Shown: positions 33,256 to 37,534 of the stretch, in pieces | Layout of the letters: every line of letters starts with the position of its first letter | Numbering within the stretch: the stretch's first letter is position 1 | Virus record (IMG/VR): IMGVR_UViG_3300043218_000070 | Span: 1 to 37,534 of that record | Direction: 5' to 3' (one strand) | DNA length: 37,534 bases | DNA from: a virus | Lineage: Duplodnaviria > Caudoviricetes | Program-made: the position numbers and the translations under genes | Notes under the pieces: generated by a model | Databases searched by the model: none | What the model saw: the letters and a program-made list of their open reading frames with translations, nothing else | What the model was told of the DNA's origin: nothing

Positions 33256-35141
33256 ATCTGAGGCTCAAGGCTAAGTTGATTTGCTCTTTCAATTCCATTG
33301 GTAACAGCCTGCGCTACATCATCTAAATTTGCGCCAATACCAACGCTTACACTGATATTGTAATTGTTCCCACCAGCTGAGCCGCCTTTATTTATAGCTT
33401 CTAATACTTCTCTATTATCACCCGTAGCGGAGGCATTAACAACAAATTCACCATTGCTCAAATCAGCAGGTATTGAATCGCTTCTTGAAGATCCTGCACC
33501 GGAAACAAGGCCACCGTCAGCAAGTTTCTGCCTATTAACTTCTGCAATCTGTTTAACGCCAGCCCCAACAACAAAAGGCGTTAAACCTATTGCTACAGGA
33601 AGAGGGAAATCCTCATATAGTCTCATCGTAGCTACAGCCGTACTAACACCTATTTTTGATGAGGCCGCTATTTTACTATCGTTAAATATTTGTGCTGTAG
33701 CATTAGCCGCAATCTGAGCGCCCTTAGCGATATTTGCCCTTTCTGATTTGGCTGTATTTTCTGATATTCTTTGCTCAGATTTTGCTTGCTTTTCAGCTCT
33801 CAATAAATCCTTTATTGATGCTTCCTGTTTAAGCCTATCTTCTTCAAGTAGTCTCTCAACTAGTAATTGTGTTTTTTCCTTCTCACTCTTATTGTGCGCC
33901 TCAAGATCACCCTGCAATCCCATGTTTGTTATTTCATTCCTAGCGTCAAAACTTTCTTCAAGTATCAGTAGCCCTTCTTGCTCGCTAGCCCTTATAACAT
34001 CAAGTCTCTCAATCTCCAATCTCTTCTTTTCTTCAAGATCCTTTGAGTTGGCTTCTTTTATTTTTTCTAATCTTATGTCTAGGTTAATAATGGTATCTGA
34101 TAAAGCTTTATTGGCGGCGTCTTGCTGTTTTTTTATTGCATCTTTTGAGACTCCGGCAGACAATAATTGAGCCTGTTGTTTTGTTAGTGTGTTTGATCTC
34201 TCTAGCTCTTTGTTATTTCTTAATTGAGCTCTAGTTGCATCTTTTAGCGTCTCCACTTCTGATTTTGTTAATTCTGAAATTTCTTTTTGTCTTATTTTCT
34301 GTAACTCAAGATTTTTTAAAGCCAAATCAGCGACAACAGTTAAGTCAGTTATCGCCCCCTTCCACGCGTCAGTTGCTCCGGTTACATCAAGTAATGCCGC
34401 CGCAACCAAGCCTATATTATCAACTAGTGTACTTGTTTTACCTTCAAGAGTTTTACTAAGTTCATTCATGCCCCCCTTAGTTTTTTCTAAGGCGGTTTGA
34501 AGGATTTCCCAAGCTTCATTTCCTTTTGCTTGTTTTTGTAATTTCTCTATTTGGTTTCTTGTTTCGCCAGTAACTAGTCCCAGCTCTTGTAATCTAGCTA
34601 GGGCTTCACCTATGGGCCTATTAGACTGTAAGCCACTATAAGCGCGCCCTACATGAATAGCTAGCTCATCGAAGCCTACGCCAGCAATAGCGGCCGCATC
34701 GCCAACAGTTCGCAACCCTTCGCCGCTTGAAAGAGCACCCTGAGTTAATGTCTCTAATATTTTAGAAGCACTTGCAACCCCGTTCAATTGAAACGGTGTA
34801 CTTGCGGCAAACTTTGCTAATTCAGCATATCTCTCTTGGGCGGCTTCAGCACTGCCAAGAATTGTCTTAAATTGAGTCTGTACTTTTTCAGCTTGTTTTG
34901 TTGTTTCAAATCCAGCTGAAATAAAATCTTTTGCAAATTTAGTAGCAACAAGCCCAAGACCAACGAATGAGGCTGTAGTAGCTATTGCTACTTTATTAAG
35001 ACCCTTCATGCTATCAGAGGCATCTTTTGATCCCTTATCTATTTTATCAGTTGATTTCCCTCCGGCAACACCCAATTGTTTAAATGATTTTATTGCACCT
35101 TTATTATCAACCTCAATTTCAATTCCTACTTTTTTACCCAT
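33252..35141 (-). CDS. Tape measure protein
   Basis: FKTILGSAEAA...FAASTPFQL...VGDAAA; C-terminal LADGGLVSG.G..RSDSIPA.LSNGEFVVNA; likely ATG 35141. Confidence 0.93.
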   Translation of the reverse strand: MGKKVGIEIEVDNKGAIKSFKQLGVAGGKSTDKIDKGSKDASDSMKGLNKVAIATTASFVGLGLVATKFAKDFISAGFETTKQAEKVQTQFKTILGSAEAAQERYAELAKFAASTPFQLNGVASASKILETLTQGALSSGEGLRTVGDAAAIAGVGFDELAIHVGRAYSGLQSNRPIGEALARLQELGLVTGETRNQIEKLQKQAKGNEAWEILQTALEKTKGGMNELSKTLEGKTSTLVDNIGLVAAALLDVTGATDAWKGAITDLTVVADLALKNLELQKIRQKEISELTKSEVETLKDATRAQLRNNKELERSNTLTKQQAQLLSAGVSKDAIKKQQDAANKALSDTIINLDIRLEKIKEANSKDLEEKKRLEIERLDVIRASEQEGLLILEESFDARNEITNMGLQGDLEAHNKSEKEKTQLLVERLLEEDRLKQEASIKDLLRAEKQAKSEQRISENTAKSERANIAKGAQIAANATAQIFNDSKIAASSKIGVSTAVATMRLYEDFPLPVAIGLTPFVVGAGVKQIAEVNRQKLADGGLVSGAGSSRSDSIPADLSNGEFVVNASATGDNREVLEAINKGGSAGGNNYNISVSVGIGANLDDVAQAVTNGIERANQLSLEPQI

Positions 35142-35547
35142 TATTTTTACCACTCATTACATACGCTGAAACATCAGCGTTTTCTAGTTTAATCTTTTCT
35201 TTTTCATCTATAAAAACAGATACATAATGATTTATGCTCTGGAAATGGTCAAACAAAACCTTAGGCTGTTCAATTGGGGACCCACTAAAAGGGAGTATGT
35301 TTTTTTTGTTATAGCAATCATATAAATACCTCAACTTTATAACATCTCTTTTGTAGTAGTGTACGGGACACCTTTCTGGGTAGATTCTTCCTATACCTTT
35401 ACAGGCGGGGCACTCTTTATTATCACAACACGGAATAAACCACTTACTTTGTTTAGTATTAGCCTCCACACACCCAAAATCATTATTTGAACAATCACAA
35501 ATGTGTGAAGTGCCACCTATTATAGAGGCTAATACTTTTACTTTTCC
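35134..35547 (-). CDS. Tail assembly chaperone T segment, reached by a -1 frameshift
   Basis: The -1 frame is open from G GAA AAG (35547-35541) to the stop at 35134; LPFSGSPIEQP motif; Cys-rich. Confidence 0.75.
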   Translation of the reverse strand, partial: GKVKVLASIIGGTSHICDCSNNDFGCVEANTKQSKWFIPCCDNKECPACKGIGRIYPERCPVHYYKRDVIKLRYLYDCYNKKNILPFSGSPIEQPKVLFDHFQSINHYVSVFIDEKEKIKLENADVSAYVMSGKNNG

Positions 35548-35909
35548 AGTTCTGTAACGGTATTTATTTTATTTATTTTATTAACAACTTCTTTTAATAT
35601 CTTGATACTTGGCCTATAGAATATTTTACCGTTTTCATCTGGTTTCAATCCTATTTTATCAATACCTATAATGTCTTTAACGCCAAACTTAAATACATCA
35701 TAATAATAAGAGTCATTGTCAATTATATAATGACCTTTGGAATCTTTTACAAATTTACCTTTGTCGTCAATCTTAGCGTGTTTAAACAACATTGATGATT
35801 GTATTTCGTCCTCATCGAAATCAAATATTTTAAGAATAAAAGTCAACTCAGGCATATAGAGAGACTTATATTCAAATTGTCCTGACTTTGGTGGCACTAA
35901 TTCATACAT
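35538..35909 (-). CDS. Tail assembly chaperone G
   Basis: Between the tail tube and tape measure; ends TELEK on a slippery site. Confidence 0.8.
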   Translation of the reverse strand: MYELVPPKSGQFEYKSLYMPELTFILKIFDFDEDEIQSSMLFKHAKIDDKGKFVKDSKGHYIIDNDSYYYDVFKFGVKDIIGIDKIGLKPDENGKIFYRPSIKILKEVVNKINKINTVTELEK

Positions 35910-35921
35910 ATTATTATCCTT

Positions 35922-37094
35922 TTAAATACAAACTATTTCTAATTCTTGATCGTCTTGACCGGTTAGTGAAAATTCTAAATCTTGTTTCATTTCTCCATTC
36001 TCATCAGCTGGGGTTATGTTTTGAAATCTTGCTGATGGAGTGAAAAACCAAAATGTGTTATTTACATCTTTACCAATTCTGAATTCAGTTGCTATTGCAG
36101 AAGCCGCGAACCAATCTTTCCAAATTTCTTTCTCTGCATTTGTTGGCGTATTAACTCTATAGGAAGATAGAGGACCGCGTCCTGTCAACAGGTAGCCTTC
36201 AGCTCCAAGAGGGTTATTAGCGTCTACTCTGAGGTTTCTTTCAATAGCTGTATCAATTGTAGTTGAAGAGTCAACAACAGGGGACCAAACATTTGCTCCA
36301 TCATCAAGCTTTAATCGAGCGTCAACATATTTAGGCGGTATGACTTCAGATCTAAATCCGGTAAGATCGGTCATTGCTCCATCTCTCATCCATCGGGCTA
36401 CACCGGCAAGATCTCTAATCACTCCGGCAAGCTCATAATTAATCTTTGGTATTTTTCCAGCCTCAGCAACTATACTTAATGTTGGTACCGCATTATAAAT
36501 CTGTGAGATTTGACCGTCTTCTTCTGACTGTGCACTCAATCGAATACAAGAAGAAGTATCAAACTTAAAAGACCACCCGCGTATAACTTCAACGCCTGTA
36601 GCTGTAGCACTACCGGAAATACTGCCTGTAATAGTTTCAGCCGCAAAAGCGGGAGTTGTAACCTCTATAATAACAGTAGTATCACCGGCTACAGTTGGAA
36701 CAACTACACGACCTACGCCAACAGCTCCGGTGACAATTTCGTTATGAACAAATTGAGTAGCAATTGCACTGACTGGAATTTCCATTAATTGAAATTCAAT
36801 CAATCCAGCGGCGTTAAATAGGTCAGTAAACCACGGCTTAACAATAGCACTATAAACGGCGCCAAACATCTCACTTACACCGGTCATTGTTGCAACAAGA
36901 ATTCCAGCAAGATTAACCTCAGGTGTATAACTTGATTTAAGTATATCCCGCTCAATCTGCTCAGGGGTAGCTTGCATAATAGCGCCGGCATCTAAGCGTA
37001 AATTATTTTCAGCTGTTGGAGGGGTCCAAACGTCAGCCGCTTGTTTTTTTACCAATAGGTTTTTTATTCTGGTTCTTTTTCCTGCACATGACAT
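35922..37094 (-). CDS. Major tail (tube) protein with inserted beta-domain
   Basis: Position; LTGRGP, FFTPSARF....ADENG...DLEF...GQDDQELEI tube motifs. Confidence 0.82.
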   Translation of the reverse strand: MSCAGKRTRIKNLLVKKQAADVWTPPTAENNLRLDAGAIMQATPEQIERDILKSSYTPEVNLAGILVATMTGVSEMFGAVYSAIVKPWFTDLFNAAGLIEFQLMEIPVSAIATQFVHNEIVTGAVGVGRVVVPTVAGDTTVIIEVTTPAFAAETITGSISGSATATGVEVIRGWSFKFDTSSCIRLSAQSEEDGQISQIYNAVPTLSIVAEAGKIPKINYELAGVIRDLAGVARWMRDGAMTDLTGFRSEVIPPKYVDARLKLDDGANVWSPVVDSSTTIDTAIERNLRVDANNPLGAEGYLLTGRGPLSSYRVNTPTNAEKEIWKDWFAASAIATEFRIGKDVNNTFWFFTPSARFQNITPADENGEMKQDLEFSLTGQDDQELEIVCI

Positions 37095-37113
37095 ATTATT
37101 GTACTCCCTGTAC

Positions 37114-37521
37114 TTAGTATTCTCTGTAGTTTACAGTTGCATTTATATCAATTCCACCAAACACATCACTATGAGTATTTGTACTTTGTAATTGACCGTT
37201 AAAATTATCTATCATTTTCCAATCAGCCCAAGTCTGATTAGTTTTATTTGCCTTTATAATTGCCTTTACTTTTAGTAATTCTGCGGCTGAAACTTTCTCA
37301 AACTCTTCAAGGCCTGATTCATGTATTACGCGAATATGTAATTCAGCATCTTCTACTAAACAATCAATTGGAGAGCCTTCATTATCAACAACTTCTTTAC
37401 CTCTACTGATCAACATTATAGGGTACTCACCTTGAAGCCTTGTAATTTTCTTATCTCCAAGAGAGTTGAGGTCATATGATGTATAACCGGCGTTGGTGAA
37501 AAGAACTTTTATCTCTTTCAT
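37114..37521 (-). CDS. Putative tail terminator
   Basis: 135 aa directly upstream of the tail tube; YPIMLI, C-terminal ATVNYRE. Confidence 0.6.
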   Translation of the reverse strand: MKEIKVLFTNAGYTSYDLNSLGDKKITRLQGEYPIMLISRGKEVVDNEGSPIDCLVEDAELHIRVIHESGLEEFEKVSAAELLKVKAIIKANKTNQTWADWKMIDNFNGQLQSTNTHSDVFGGIDINATVNYREY

Positions 37522-37534
37522 TATTGTATATAAG
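37409..37534. repeat. Terminal direct repeat, right copy
   Basis: Identical to 9-134. Confidence 0.97.

Noticed and set aside
135-37521. Alternative genetic code or stop-codon reassignment
   Set aside because: All core genes are full length and densely packed under the standard code; no suppressor anticodon seen

Overview
The window is an apparently complete, circularly permuted siphovirus-type phage genome of 37,400 bp: 9-134 is identical to 37409-37534, and the first 8 nt look like an Illumina adapter remnant. A pair of near-consensus divergent sigma70 promoters (17904-18006) splits the genome. The rightward arm (18039-24740) encodes a YqaJ exonuclease and partner, a coiled-coil protein, a cluster of structured and tRNA-like RNAs, a DNA methyltransferase, a metallophosphoesterase and a MazG-like protein. 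The leftward arm encodes a replication initiator with internal iterons, an HNH endonuclease, a Lar-like protein and many small genes. It continues into terS, terL, portal, MuF, scaffold, capsid and neck genes, then across the junction into tail terminator, tail tube, frameshifted chaperones, tape measure, tail tip, fibres and a non-canonical lysis cassette. An opposite-strand island (3722-5545) splits the head module. I recognise no integrase, CI repressor, reverse transcriptase or CRISPR array. The most unusual signal is a possible RNA-level control layer. (1) Eight early genes share an extended ribosome-binding site, AAGGATC(A/G). (2) A three-way-junction RNA at 21071-21156 displays the exact complement of that site in a loop, with a decoy hairpin just upstream. 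(3) Both late leaders carry twin hairpins with U(U/C)GAU loops. (4) The initiator leader forms an 11-nt kissing-loop pair. (5) Three aberrant tRNA-like folds are present. All product calls come from motif recognition by eye; no database search or folding program was run.
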